Of a DNA stretch of 46,665 nucleotides, positions 17,943 to 28,483 are shown piece after piece. Positions within the stretch are counted from its first letter, which is position 1, and every line of letters starts with the position of its first letter. The translations under genes and the position numbers were made by a program. Source of the stretch: a virus (lineage: Duplodnaviria; Caudoviricetes); the IMG/VR virus record IMGVR_UViG_3300026196_000010, positions 1 to 46,665 of that record, one strand, 5' to 3'. The notes under the pieces were generated by a model, which saw nothing but the letters and a program-made list of their open reading frames with translations, had not been told where the DNA came from and searched no databases.

Positions 17943-18271
17943 GTGGTTATGTTTCTTTTCACCTTGATCAGTCCCCCTCCGATATAATCCTGATCAGTTT
18001 CGTTATATATATCTATGTAAACGGTATCCTGTTTTATGTTCATCACTTTTGAGAATGTCAGGTTAGCTGTTGAAATAGTTATCTCTGAGCCGGACGACAT
18101 AAGATAAAGATAAGACTGATAATTACGGTTAGCTTTAACCATAGCTCTGATCGTTTTGCCAGACATATCATAAGCTACTCCGCTTTTGGTCACATTGACA
18201 CTCAAATCAAATTCAGAGTTGTTCTTGTATTTGACGTTGAAATCAGCTTGTTTTGTTATGTCTATTTCCAT
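17939..18271 (-). CDS. Putative tail/baseplate accessory protein (BppU-N-like)
   Basis: Beta-rich; GVAYDMSGKTIRAMVK pattern; follows the fibre gene. Confidence 0.45.
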   Translation of the reverse strand: MEIDITKQADFNVKYKNNSEFDLSVNVTKSGVAYDMSGKTIRAMVKANRNYQSYLYLMSSGSEITISTANLTFSKVMNIKQDTVYIDIYNETDQDYIGGGLIKVKRNITT

Positions 18272-18343
18272 AATTAACTATCTTTTCGTTCTACTATCAT
18301 TGTTATAGTAGTATATGTCTTGGTTTGCTGGTGAACGTGTCAT

Positions 18344-21031
18344 TTATGTTATTTTAAATTTTATATTTCCTGAAGCCGTAGCTGTTAAATCCAATCCTGT
18401 ATTAGGTATGGTAAAGGAGTCTCCTGGACTGTCAGCAATCGAAATTCCACCATCTTTATAAACAACCTCACATACCCGCCCGGAAACCTCTTCAAAAACT
18501 TCATTTATGCTTCCAAATGTTAAGCTGTCTGTGAAATCTACAATAAAATAAAGAGCGCCGTTTTCATAAGAATAATAAGCGATAACATATTGAGTAGATG
18601 CGTAGTTCTTCAATATTCCCATGCCCCCCCTCCATGTTACCATATCGCCGCTTATCTTAACCACGCCTCCGTCAATGTTTCTAAAATATACCTTTCCACC
18701 TGTTGTACTCCAGTAAGGATTAGTTGCCTCCTCTGCTGCCGGTGTGCCGTAACTTAAATCCATAAATGTTACTCCGTGGGCAGAATCATTGTCTGTAACA
18801 TCATATATCTTTACAACTTTTTCACATGGATAAGATGATCGCGTCCCACTATTGAGATCTGCATCTGTTTGCATTGAATCATCCTGGCCATGTGCAAAAT
18901 ATATTCTGCCATCTGCCCCGTCGACTGCCATGTCAATACCCTGTAATCCATAATATAAAGTAATCGTTCCATTACCTAAGAACGCTCCTGAATAATTTAT
19001 AGACACATTGGGGGCTTCCTGAGTTATTTTATAATTAACAGTTTCATCAATTATCGTAACCCCCACGAGTGTATCTTTATTTGTTTGGGTATAATCTTCT
19101 ATATTATTTGACACCTTAACAGTTACTGAATTACATGCTGTCCACGTTGCAACATCTGGGTTAATGGTTTTGCTTTCCTCGTGCGCCGTCTGATATTGGT
19201 ACGTTTGATATGGCGGATTAGGATCACCTACGGTGCTAACCACGTTACTCAAATCAATCCCATAATCATCATTTAGATTCGTAAGCACAAAAACATTGCC
19301 TGATTTTGTATATTTATTATGTGCCGCAGAAGCGTATGCGCTCCCAGTCCAATATTTTTGAGTGCAAAGCCTTACTTTACCATCTGGCGGATCCGGGAAG
19401 AAAGAGCTATCCGCAACGGTTACGGTTTCTTCCGTATCATCTGCTGACATTATTTCCTCCCAATTTGCATCCGGTGTATTAGTATTCGGTGATTGATGCC
19501 CCCCACCAATCCAACCTATTCCGCTTAAATAATAAGGTCCAATTCGGTCAGAATAATGATTAATGGGGTAAACATCATCATAATCTATACTTACTGGTAA
19601 TTGTTTTGTATTAGTAACTAAATTAAACTGTGCAATAGAATATAATGAATTGTATCCCACCTTGCTAAATATTGTAACTAAATCATAATTTGCATCATAC
19701 TTTTGAATAACAAAAATATCATTAGATTCCTTAGAAGAAAACCGCCTTATTAGCATGTTTTTTTCTTTTAGTAAGGTCAAAACTTCACTTAAATTAGTAC
19801 CATTCAAAAATTCAGTAAATATTATATAATCACTTTCTATTTCATTTAGATCGTTATCATAAGCAATCCTTTTAAACATTGGATTCGTCAATGAATCGCT
19901 GAACGTATAATCAGAGGGTGGAGCATAGGAATCTCCGTTAGCATCTGTTACGCCGGTTATCCCGGAGAAATCCAATTGCACTTCACAACCATTATGTCTT
20001 GAAGTAGAACCGGCAACTGTTAAGGCGTTACCCGCCGTATCATAAGATGTATCATAAGCCGGAATCAATAGGGATGAATCTATCTCTTTGCAATAATTAA
20101 CATAACATTTTAGAGACCTCCCAGAATAATCTTTACCCGAATCACTCATCCTAAAAGTTATTCTGGTAAGATTGTTACAAGTTATTGTGATAATATGTTC
20201 GCCATTCTTATACAACTCAGCGCCATCATTATCATAAATTTTTGCGGATGTATTTGTATAAATTAATTGTAAGCTGTTATATTCAAAATTTTCAGTTGAT
20301 TCCGATACGGTTAATTTTATTTCATAAGTTTGCCCAACCCTCAAAATACTTTGGTATTCAAAATATGAATTACTTCCCGCGCCATTTATACCAGTATAAG
20401 TTATAGTATCTGCATCTGTTCTTGCAAATTGACCATTAAACCAGTAAGAAGGCCAATTCAAAACCGAAACGGGAACCAAATTAAATAATGGTACATTTAG
20501 CGAATATCCATACTGAAGATTTCTGAAATAACTATTTGTCGTTTCCCATTCCCAATCTGTATCTTCCGTACCGCCTAAAGTACCATAAAGAGATGAATCA
20601 CAGAATACATAATTATTTATGCCACCAGTTAAGAAAAATTCATCCCCCGTGTCTAATTTAAATTGCCATATTTTTACATTAGTCAGTTCACTTTGGTCTA
20701 TCGCTATATGCCCGGCACCATTAACGCTTATACCCGTTGTATCTCCTGAAGATTCGTTAAGCTCAGAAATAGACGATCCAACTTGCGGAATACTTAATGT
20801 TATAGTAACATCGTTAATAAAATTCACGCAATTGCTGGCTACCAATGGAACATCATTATTATTACCCGATTTATCGGTAAGTACATTATTAGTAAAATCA
20901 AAAGTATCGCTCCAAAATGACATTAACGAAGAGAAATCATTTAGAGCCGAATCATATTCAGAAACTTGATAAGATTCCGAACTATCAGAAACTTGATAAG
21001 ATAAATTTGATTCTGTAACAGAGTATCCCAC
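18344..21031 (-). CDS. Putative tail fibre / receptor-binding protein, 895 aa
   Basis: Long S/T/N/D/G/Y-rich beta protein at the distal end of the tail module. Confidence 0.6.
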   Translation of the reverse strand: MGYSVTESNLSYQVSDSSESYQVSEYDSALNDFSSLMSFWSDTFDFTNNVLTDKSGNNNDVPLVASNCVNFINDVTITLSIPQVGSSISELNESSGDTTGISVNGAGHIAIDQSELTNVKIWQFKLDTGDEFFLTGGINNYVFCDSSLYGTLGGTEDTDWEWETTNSYFRNLQYGYSLNVPLFNLVPVSVLNWPSYWFNGQFARTDADTITYTGINGAGSNSYFEYQSILRVGQTYEIKLTVSESTENFEYNSLQLIYTNTSAKIYDNDGAELYKNGEHIITITCNNLTRITFRMSDSGKDYSGRSLKCYVNYCKEIDSSLLIPAYDTSYDTAGNALTVAGSTSRHNGCEVQLDFSGITGVTDANGDSYAPPSDYTFSDSLTNPMFKRIAYDNDLNEIESDYIIFTEFLNGTNLSEVLTLLKEKNMLIRRFSSKESNDIFVIQKYDANYDLVTIFSKVGYNSLYSIAQFNLVTNTKQLPVSIDYDDVYPINHYSDRIGPYYLSGIGWIGGGHQSPNTNTPDANWEEIMSADDTEETVTVADSSFFPDPPDGKVRLCTQKYWTGSAYASAAHNKYTKSGNVFVLTNLNDDYGIDLSNVVSTVGDPNPPYQTYQYQTAHEESKTINPDVATWTACNSVTVKVSNNIEDYTQTNKDTLVGVTIIDETVNYKITQEAPNVSINYSGAFLGNGTITLYYGLQGIDMAVDGADGRIYFAHGQDDSMQTDADLNSGTRSSYPCEKVVKIYDVTDNDSAHGVTFMDLSYGTPAAEEATNPYWSTTGGKVYFRNIDGGVVKISGDMVTWRGGMGILKNYASTQYVIAYYSYENGALYFIVDFTDSLTFGSINEVFEEVSGRVCEVVYKDGGISIADSPGDSFTIPNTGLDLTATASGNIKFKIT

Positions 21032-21552
21032 TATAATATTTTTCTGAATGATAAATTATCAACATAAATACCACCATCATTACTTGGATTACTCTCCCCA
21101 AATTGAACGGTTGCTGATGTTGAAGTTGCCGTAAATTCATGTGAAAATGATTCAAATATTGTTTGTGTATTTGTTATTGCTAAAACGCCAATGCTATTTA
21201 TTGCAACGTTCCAATTTGCGCCCACACCTACATGTCTCCATTTGAATGTCACTTTATAATTTGATCCGTTTTCTACAGTAAACGTTTTACTAAACCTTGC
21301 GCCCCCCGTTGGAGTGTCATTACAATCAGCATAAAGCGCATAAGTCCCTGTATTAACAACAGAACTTTGAGATTCAAAAACATTGCTCCCAGTTCCAGTT
21401 AATGATGTTGGTGTCCATCCCGTAGTAGCATCAGCCTCGTTACCGTTTGGATCGCTTGCTGCGTTAGCATCTGTATGAAGCTCTGGGCCGTATTGTATGG
21501 CATTTGTCAAATCCAAAGCAAAACTTGTTTCTGCACTAATTTCTAAGCTCAT
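21031..21552 (-). CDS. Carbohydrate-binding-like (CBM4/9-type jelly roll) domain; C-terminal part of the split tail-tube paralogue
   Basis: Begins SLEISAETSFALDL, matching the end of 38862..39482; TGWT...VNTGTYAL...YKVTFKW...IYVDNLSFRK. Confidence 0.6.
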   Translation of the reverse strand: MSLEISAETSFALDLTNAIQYGPELHTDANAASDPNGNEADATTGWTPTSLTGTGSNVFESQSSVVNTGTYALYADCNDTPTGGARFSKTFTVENGSNYKVTFKWRHVGVGANWNVAINSIGVLAITNTQTIFESFSHEFTATSTSATVQFGESNPSNDGGIYVDNLSFRKIL

Positions 21553-22109
21553 GACCAATTAGGTTTTAAGTTAAACGTCATTATATTTACATCAGCATCA
21601 TCTTGACCGCCGAGTCCCTTATCTGAAATGTTAAAAGACTTATCAACAATAGGAAAGCCATAAACGACACCTCCTATATTATCATAGATAAGCTGATTGG
21701 ATTCATTGATAAAGAGTACATCAAGCGACTCACAGGCTAACGCTTTTAAGGCAGCTATCACGTCCTGATCTTCCTGGTACATCGAAGCTGTAACGGTTGG
21801 CGCGTGTCCTCCTTTACGGATAGTCTTGCCGTATCTCGTTTCATTGCTTCCTCCAAACTCACGCGCCTCACTAGGTGGTAGTTCAACATTGCCCAACAGA
21901 GGGCTTACAATGGCTTTTGTATCATCGTCAGCTACCATTAAAGCGGTCCACGTAGCTTCAAGTATAGCAGTGGCAACAGATGGAATAGAGTTACCACGTC
22001 GCCAAAATATCATTTTCTGTATCTGCCCTACATCCTCAGCACATGGGTTAAGCGTAGTTACCGCGCTAGCCATGCCGGTAGGTGTTGGGCAGCAGACGAT
22101 CCGTGTCAT
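21549..22109 (-). CDS. Tail-tube-like protein, second copy (ends prematurely)
   Basis: Colinear paralogue of 38862..39482 (CCP.PT, DVGQIQK..FWRRG, REFGG.NETR, MYQEDQDVI.ALKALACE). Confidence 0.7.
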   Translation of the reverse strand: MTRIVCCPTPTGMASAVTTLNPCAEDVGQIQKMIFWRRGNSIPSVATAILEATWTALMVADDDTKAIVSPLLGNVELPPSEAREFGGSNETRYGKTIRKGGHAPTVTASMYQEDQDVIAALKALACESLDVLFINESNQLIYDNIGGVVYGFPIVDKSFNISDKGLGGQDDADVNIMTFNLKPNWS

Positions 22110-22120
22110 ATCTTTATATT

Positions 22121-22441
22121 TTAGTCGTCACCTTTTGAATAGTACGTAATCTGCCCGGCGGTAATCTGTATGCTTGTGAATCTACGTCCATAACCTGAAA
22201 ATATTAATCCAGGCTGAACAGCCACACCCGTAGGCACATTAGTACCAAGATAATTAATAGATGACGTTGTTAACACACTTACCCCTGTTAGTACAGAGAA
22301 CGTAGCAGCAGAACGAACACGTATCATTTGTGCCGCTAAGCCAGTAGCAGTAGCCGTGGCAACAGAGGCATCAATAGTAACACCCCCGTCTACTCCGCCC
22401 ATCGCCAATTTCCAGTAAGCTAATTCATTAGAAGATGACAT
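22121..22441 (-). CDS. Small putative virion protein
   Basis: A/T/G/S/V-rich, 106 aa; TAATTTTG promoter element upstream. Confidence 0.55.
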   Translation of the reverse strand: MSSSNELAYWKLAMGGVDGGVTIDASVATATATGLAAQMIRVRSAATFSVLTGVSVLTTSSINYLGTNVPTGVAVQPGLIFSGYGRRFTSIQITAGQITYYSKGDD

Positions 22442-22521
22442 AATTTTATATTTTTAAATTAGTATGCAAAACGCCAGATTCCATATTACAAAATTAATTC
22501 ATATTCATTTCAATTAAAAAC

Positions 22522-24075
22522 TTATATTATATTATCCATTGAATTAGTCCATGTATGACCCGCCTCGTCCCATGATATACGTAGGCTTCCAGTGTCAAAT
22601 GTGTTCCAGTCTATTCCCACGTTGACATTCCCAACAGCAGGCGTGTATTCAACACCCGTCTCAGTGAGTATTTTTATACTACTATGAAGCGGTAACAGTC
22701 GCATAGCATTATAAGTCGCTCGTGATACATAGCTCACCAAGCTGCGAGTATATTTAGATACTATCTTTTCAGCTTCGAAATTACCATTCTTATCATTACC
22801 CGTCTCTATGGTCTCATGTGATGGCAGGTTCTCATAAGCCCTCAGATAAGCCTGCTGAGTGAACCCTCCAGCATAATAGATAGATTCATCACCATGATTA
22901 AAGTCCTTCGCATTAGTGAACTCTAAGTGGACATATTCGCCTGATTTTCTTCTAAGCGAGACGGAACTAAGAGAGAAATTAGAGGCGGCGGAAACCAAAA
23001 GCGCAAAAAAAGCGCTAGTCCCTGATCTGGTAGCCGTCAACTCAGCCTCATTTAAACCAAGTGATAAATTATAATTAACACTGGCGGTATTACCGCCTAT
23101 TGCTAGTCGAATATATGGAGTAACTCCAGAATTTAATGTTAGATCATAAGTAAATATAAATTTCTCGTTAGTTTTTATTTTAAAATTTGGAGTACGCGCA
23201 AAAGCGTATGATCCTGTAGATATAGCACTTATCACATTCATTCCAGAATCAGTAAATGTGTCATATGTATCAGACTGCCATGTTGATGATATAATTGATT
23301 GTATATTCTGAACAGAGAACCACTCGGAGTACCAATCTGTATTACCATCTGATAGCTTTAGATAATACACACCATAAGGAAGGGTTGTATAATCTACCAT
23401 TCCATTTATGGTGTACGACCCTAATGGCTCACCGTTGTAAGTAAAAAAGTCATAACTTGTAAACTCTTTTAAGTTTATAGTAGGCCGTCCTGAGTCTGAT
23501 ATAGAACAAGCGAAATCAGTATTGTTGCCAGCTTCGTTTTCTATTAACACCTTGACGACCCCAGAGTTATTACCTGTTGCAGTCATATATGCATAATTGG
23601 TTCCGCTGACCATCTGTTGTGATGATGAATAACTAACACCAAAAGCATCACCAAGTCTTATATTTGGAGCTGTCCCTGAATTTAATGTTAAATCATAAGA
23701 TACAAGAATAGAGTCGCCCGTTGCAAGAGATATGTTATCTACTGTATAGCATAGGTCATTGCTTGAATCAGTGGTGATGGCCGTTAAAATGTTGCCTGCA
23801 CCATCATCGTTAAACGTACTATAATTAAGTATCGGATTAGGTCCGTTCTCCCAGTCTGTTATTAAATCCTCTGATCCCCAAAATGCATTAAATATATTAA
23901 AAGACGTTCCATCGCAGTCCACCAAGCTGGCCTCTTGTATATATGTGTCTGCTATATGATCACGCTGTATCTGAAACGGTAAGAACTTTTGCATGGGACA
24001 TAATAAAGCATCTTGCGAATTAACGCTTTCTGCGTCACGCATACCTGTCGAAGTATAGAACGGAAGAACTTTCAT
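22522..24075 (-). CDS. Putative tail tip protein
   Basis: Second gene after tape measure; internal repeated YDLTLNSG.TP.IRL domain. Confidence 0.6.
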   Translation of the reverse strand: MKVLPFYTSTGMRDAESVNSQDALLCPMQKFLPFQIQRDHIADTYIQEASLVDCDGTSFNIFNAFWGSEDLITDWENGPNPILNYSTFNDDGAGNILTAITTDSSNDLCYTVDNISLATGDSILVSYDLTLNSGTAPNIRLGDAFGVSYSSSQQMVSGTNYAYMTATGNNSGVVKVLIENEAGNNTDFACSISDSGRPTINLKEFTSYDFFTYNGEPLGSYTINGMVDYTTLPYGVYYLKLSDGNTDWYSEWFSVQNIQSIISSTWQSDTYDTFTDSGMNVISAISTGSYAFARTPNFKIKTNEKFIFTYDLTLNSGVTPYIRLAIGGNTASVNYNLSLGLNEAELTATRSGTSAFFALLVSAASNFSLSSVSLRRKSGEYVHLEFTNAKDFNHGDESIYYAGGFTQQAYLRAYENLPSHETIETGNDKNGNFEAEKIVSKYTRSLVSYVSRATYNAMRLLPLHSSIKILTETGVEYTPAVGNVNVGIDWNTFDTGSLRISWDEAGHTWTNSMDNII

Positions 24076-25895
24076 AATTTATACGGATCGTATCCTAATA
24101 TTAATGTGACAAAGTCTGTTTCTAAATCTCTTTGTATCTCTATCGGTGCGCCTCCTGTTAGTTGTGTCGTTATCATCGTATAAGGATCAATAGCTGTCGA
24201 ATAAAAAAAATGCACGTTATCCTGCTCCAAGAACCTTATAGAAGATAGAAGTGTTGTGGCTACTGCATTTAGTGTTGCATTCTCTGACATACGTGACCAG
24301 CTCCAATACTTCTCATGCAGGTTAGCCCATGAGAAAGCGGCGTTTGATACATCTGCTGAACTTAGCGCACCTGCTGCAATAGCTATCTCATATAGATCAT
24401 CACCAGCTATGCCGGTCACAATATTACACTGATACAACCCCAATCCAGAATTAGAAGCATCATCAATATTTTCTACTACATATTTAATATCTGTTGTTAT
24501 GTAATTGGCTGAATGTTCAATGATATTATTTGTAGTCTCAAAGTTATTGTATAATATATTACGTCCTACGAAATCCTGATTAGCCGATTGCGACCAACTA
24601 AACTGCTCTGTAGAAGCAATACCTGATTTATTGTATTTAAAAGTGAGTGAATCTATCTCATCTTCTGTATCTAAAACAATAGGTGTAGAATCATCCACCT
24701 GCTTAACGAAATACTTTTCATGCTCAACGCGAAACTTACCATCCGCATCTATGAACCAATACACCTGGAACACCTCGCGAAGTTGAGACATGATGTCGTT
24801 CAGTGATAGTTTGAATGACGGCTTATCGGTCACCGCAAACCACTCTATTAACAATCCGATAATGGTATATTTAAGCTCGTTCGTAGCCGTTTCTGTTACA
24901 TAGTTGCCATTAGCATTAGCTCCTATAAAAGTAGATATAGTCGATGGCGCACCCGTTGGTAGTGCATCGTTATTAAAAAACGTGCTTACAACATCATATG
25001 ATAATCCCATAAAGAACAAACTATTAATATAGTTATCCAGAAAGGTCATTAACAGCTCACCCGCATCTATTAAGTCATACGCCGCCGCTATCCTGCGAAC
25101 GGTAAACGTAGTGTTTGTTGTATCGCCCGGCGGAGACTCTAGCCAAAGACGTGGCGAGGCAGAACCTGCTGATATTGTAAATCCCATTATTCCAACGTAA
25201 ATACCCTTTGCACCTTCTGTTGTTATAGACACACCAGCACCCTGCATAACATTAAACGTTGGTGTGGTGTTGGTCGTCAATGCAGTGACATGAACAAGTA
25301 TAATATCGCCAGCCGATACAGCCACATTGATCGGTACATACGCCTCATATCCAGCCCCGGCACCTCCAGAAGCCTGTGTGATGGTGCCAGCAGAAGCCGT
25401 AAACGTGGTAAATGCTGTTCCTATTGATCCGTTGGTCCATGTTGGGCCAACTGTCGCTTTAGCTGAGTATCCAATGCGTTTCTCTTCCAGTATAGTTGTT
25501 AATACATCTAATTCATATTGCATTTCAGCTTTAGCAAGTATGGGTCTATAATCATCATTGATGCGAAGTGGGTTGAGAACGGCTACTGTATTTTGAAAGT
25601 TATCATTCGTATCTGATATAGAAAATAACCCTTTCCAGTATAATGTGCCCGTTGTGATAAGACCTGAATATATCTCTATCTCTATCTCATTATCAAACTT
25701 AGTCTTATCAATGAAATAAGAATGTAACGTAGCGTAAATGGTTGAGTTGGTTGTTTTGGGTAGCCGTATCTCGTCTATCTCTTCGCGCCATATCTGTGTG
25801 CCCTGCTCCTTTCGCTTGGTAGCAACCGGATTGTTAATAGGGAATATCTCCGTGAAATCAACTGAGTTAAATGATATGTAGTAGTGTTTAGCCAT
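24072..25895 (-). CDS. Putative tail tip/hub protein
   Basis: Immediately after tape measure; VYWFIDADGKFRVEH motif. Confidence 0.6.
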   Translation of the reverse strand: MAKHYYISFNSVDFTEIFPINNPVATKRKEQGTQIWREEIDEIRLPKTTNSTIYATLHSYFIDKTKFDNEIEIEIYSGLITTGTLYWKGLFSISDTNDNFQNTVAVLNPLRINDDYRPILAKAEMQYELDVLTTILEEKRIGYSAKATVGPTWTNGSIGTAFTTFTASAGTITQASGGAGAGYEAYVPINVAVSAGDIILVHVTALTTNTTPTFNVMQGAGVSITTEGAKGIYVGIMGFTISAGSASPRLWLESPPGDTTNTTFTVRRIAAAYDLIDAGELLMTFLDNYINSLFFMGLSYDVVSTFFNNDALPTGAPSTISTFIGANANGNYVTETATNELKYTIIGLLIEWFAVTDKPSFKLSLNDIMSQLREVFQVYWFIDADGKFRVEHEKYFVKQVDDSTPIVLDTEDEIDSLTFKYNKSGIASTEQFSWSQSANQDFVGRNILYNNFETTNNIIEHSANYITTDIKYVVENIDDASNSGLGLYQCNIVTGIAGDDLYEIAIAAGALSSADVSNAAFSWANLHEKYWSWSRMSENATLNAVATTLLSSIRFLEQDNVHFFYSTAIDPYTMITTQLTGGAPIEIQRDLETDFVTLILGYDPYKL

Positions 25896-28149
25896 TGATT
25901 ATTCGTGTTCTATTCGATCCTGGGTAATACTCTTTTCTTGGTCCATCCGGCACATAAACAGGAGTGTTATTTAGTATCTCATACATCTTTTTAATATATG
26001 GATCGCTGTTATTCATTACAGAAACATCCCTCATCCGCGTTCTGTTCCACACATCATGAAACGCCTCGTTCTGTATGGCTGCATCTGCTATAGATGCTGA
26101 GTCGTTAGCGTTTATAGCCTGAAGAATGTTCTTATACTTAGCGGTCGAACGTTTGTTGATAACAGACTCGCCCCCCTCTATTTCTGCTGATATACCACCC
26201 CTTGAGTGCGAAGGACCGTTAATATCAACCTCACCCTCAGCGAACTTCTGAGAAGCAATTATACCTATCTGCGCAGCCGTGATAGCTGTCTGTGCTATTG
26301 CAAACGGTAGGGCTGTCGGAAAGCCACCCATGTTTTTCCAAGTTTTAACGACAGCGGAAGCACCGTCAATAACCGCCTGACTGATCGCAAGTGCTTGTTC
26401 ACGTTTGGCATATTTCTTTTCTATCTCGGCGCGTTTCTCGGCATTATCTCCAACGGCGGATAGCTCTTTTTCTTTTTGTGCTGCGAATATACTTGAAAAA
26501 GTAGTTGTTAATTGATTGGCAAGATCGAATGTAGCTTGTATCTTAGCTTGCTTTTCTTTTTCGGCCTGTGCGACTATTTCTGCTTCGCGCTTTTTTGTTT
26601 CCTCTTCTTCTTTTAGCTTTTGTTGCCTTTCCTCTTCAAGTTGAGCGGATAACCTATCTGCTTCTGGCGATCCCTTCTGATCTCTCTCCGGCAGGTTAGG
26701 CATTACGGCATCTTGATCCTCTTCTTGTAACCTGCCATTTTCTTCATTTATCTGCTTTAACAGATCAAGCATTTTTTCTGTAGATTCTATATTTTTATTA
26801 TCAGCATCTACCTTATTTAAAATACTACCCTGAATAGCAGCGTTGGCATTTAATAGTTTTTGAGTTGCTCTTATTTGATCGTAATAGGCAATAGTTGTTT
26901 CTACTACTTTAGTTCTGGCTTCATCGTTAGTGCCTATGATAGTTTTCATTACAGGCTCTACATCGAAACCTAGCGTTTGAGATAACTCTTTAACCATCGC
27001 GTTGTATTTCTTTGTCTCTTCTGATACAACGTTTATATTAGCTGCTGAATTATCTACAGCAGTACCATAAGTCCGTACTGATTTTGTTAAATCAACTCCA
27101 CCTTCACCAACCTTGTCTTGTTGTGTTTCTAATCCCTCAAGGGCTGTTATTTGATCGTCTGTTAGTAGATTGTAATTCTCGATGAACTTTTGATAAACGG
27201 AAAGCTGTTGATCTGTTAACTGGAATGTATCTTTAATACGTTTATATTCGTTTTCATAGTTCATACGAGCAACACGTTCCTGATCTTCCTGCAAATCAAC
27301 AAGCATCTTTTCAGCCTTAAGAGCTGCATCCATACGCTCTTCATTTGACCTGTTTGTATTGTTATATATCTCTTGTAGCTTAAAAACTTCTAATCTTGTC
27401 TTAGCTGTTTGTATGTTTATAGCGTTTTGTGTATCACCCAACGTATCAAGCGCACGTACATAATCTTCCGCAGCGTCTGCGGCCGTCTTCATTATCTTGC
27501 CTATATTTGTGAAGTCTCCCTTGGCTATAGCGCGATTAAGAGCTTCAAATGATCCTTTCATACGCCCCATAACACGATCAAACCTATCTGATGATTCTTG
27601 ATTGCTTTTTATTATCTTATCAAGAGATATAAATTGTGTTATCGCCCGTTTAATGTTCTGCACGATTCGACTCAAAGCCATCGCAGCAACATTACCAAGC
27701 GTGTTAAACTTAGCAGCAAAAGATCCAGTTGCCTTTGCCCATGTGTTAGTTGATTTTTTTGCTCCATCCTGTGCCCGTGCGTAATTTCGTGTCTCAGATG
27801 TTGCTTTTCGTGTTTGTTCTTTTAACACTGCTAACTCGCGAGCTTGCTTGCTATTTGCTAATGATAATTTAGCCTTCTCTTTTTCGATGGCTTTTTCCAT
27901 TCGCAACAGCTCTTTATCTTTCTCAGATAACTTTTTAGTTTCAGCCGCAACTTGTTTTATAACTTTCTGCCCCTCTTTAGTTAACGTATTGGTTTTTTCT
28001 AATGTTTTAATGCGCTCTTGGGCAGTGGCCTGCACCTCCTTACGCATACTTTTAAACAGCTTAATAGCATCCTTTAATCCTTTAATCATTTCATCAAAAG
28101 GATTTCCCGGTTGAATTATATCGCTATGTTTGATTGGGTTGTCTGCCAT
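25888..28149 (-). CDS. Tail tape measure protein
   Basis: 753 aa coiled coil; C-terminal KFAEG...GPSHSRGG..AEIEGGESVINKRST; downstream of the frameshifted chaperone. Confidence 0.85.
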   Translation of the reverse strand: MADNPIKHSDIIQPGNPFDEMIKGLKDAIKLFKSMRKEVQATAQERIKTLEKTNTLTKEGQKVIKQVAAETKKLSEKDKELLRMEKAIEKEKAKLSLANSKQARELAVLKEQTRKATSETRNYARAQDGAKKSTNTWAKATGSFAAKFNTLGNVAAMALSRIVQNIKRAITQFISLDKIIKSNQESSDRFDRVMGRMKGSFEALNRAIAKGDFTNIGKIMKTAADAAEDYVRALDTLGDTQNAINIQTAKTRLEVFKLQEIYNNTNRSNEERMDAALKAEKMLVDLQEDQERVARMNYENEYKRIKDTFQLTDQQLSVYQKFIENYNLLTDDQITALEGLETQQDKVGEGGVDLTKSVRTYGTAVDNSAANINVVSEETKKYNAMVKELSQTLGFDVEPVMKTIIGTNDEARTKVVETTIAYYDQIRATQKLLNANAAIQGSILNKVDADNKNIESTEKMLDLLKQINEENGRLQEEDQDAVMPNLPERDQKGSPEADRLSAQLEEERQQKLKEEEETKKREAEIVAQAEKEKQAKIQATFDLANQLTTTFSSIFAAQKEKELSAVGDNAEKRAEIEKKYAKREQALAISQAVIDGASAVVKTWKNMGGFPTALPFAIAQTAITAAQIGIIASQKFAEGEVDINGPSHSRGGISAEIEGGESVINKRSTAKYKNILQAINANDSASIADAAIQNEAFHDVWNRTRMRDVSVMNNSDPYIKKMYEILNNTPVYVPDGPRKEYYPGSNRTRIING

Positions 28150-28223
28150 CTGCTATAAACTTTAACTATTTATAGCAAAATTAACACTTTAGAAATTTGA
28201 AACGAAACTTATTTCCTGAGCAT

Positions 28224-28250
28224 AAAAAAACCCCTCCATTTCTGAAGGGG
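28224..28250 (-). terminator. Intrinsic terminator
   Basis: CCCCTTCAGAAATGGAGGGG plus 7 U on minus. Confidence 0.85.
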
Positions 28251-28269
28251 CTACCCGATTACGAAAGTG

Positions 28270-28419
28270 CTACCATGATTCTCCAGCATCAAGACCGTCC
28301 TTTTCAACTTCAACGGCCATATCAAGGCAGCGCTGCATCATTGACATTTTACCTTTCTCTTCCTGATCAATGGCGCGGGTCATCCATTCTTCAGCTTTTG
28401 TTAATTTTTCACCTTTCAT
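28270..28419 (-). CDS. 49-aa moron protein
   Basis: Manual translation MKGEKLTKAEEWMTRAIDQEEKGKMSMMQRCLDMAVEVEKDGLDAGESW; own promoter box and terminator. Confidence 0.7.
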   Translation of the reverse strand: MKGEKLTKAEEWMTRAIDQEEKGKMSMMQRCLDMAVEVEKDGLDAGESW

Positions 28420-28464
28420 AATCTTAATTTTTAATTAAACATAAGTAAATATAAAACATTAATC

Positions 28465-28483
28465 ATTAAGAATGAATATAAAT
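28465..28483 (-). promoter_or_regulatory. 19-bp promoter box, copy E
   Basis: ATTAAGAATGAATATAAAT; 11-nt spacer, then TATATTTA. Confidence 0.8.
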
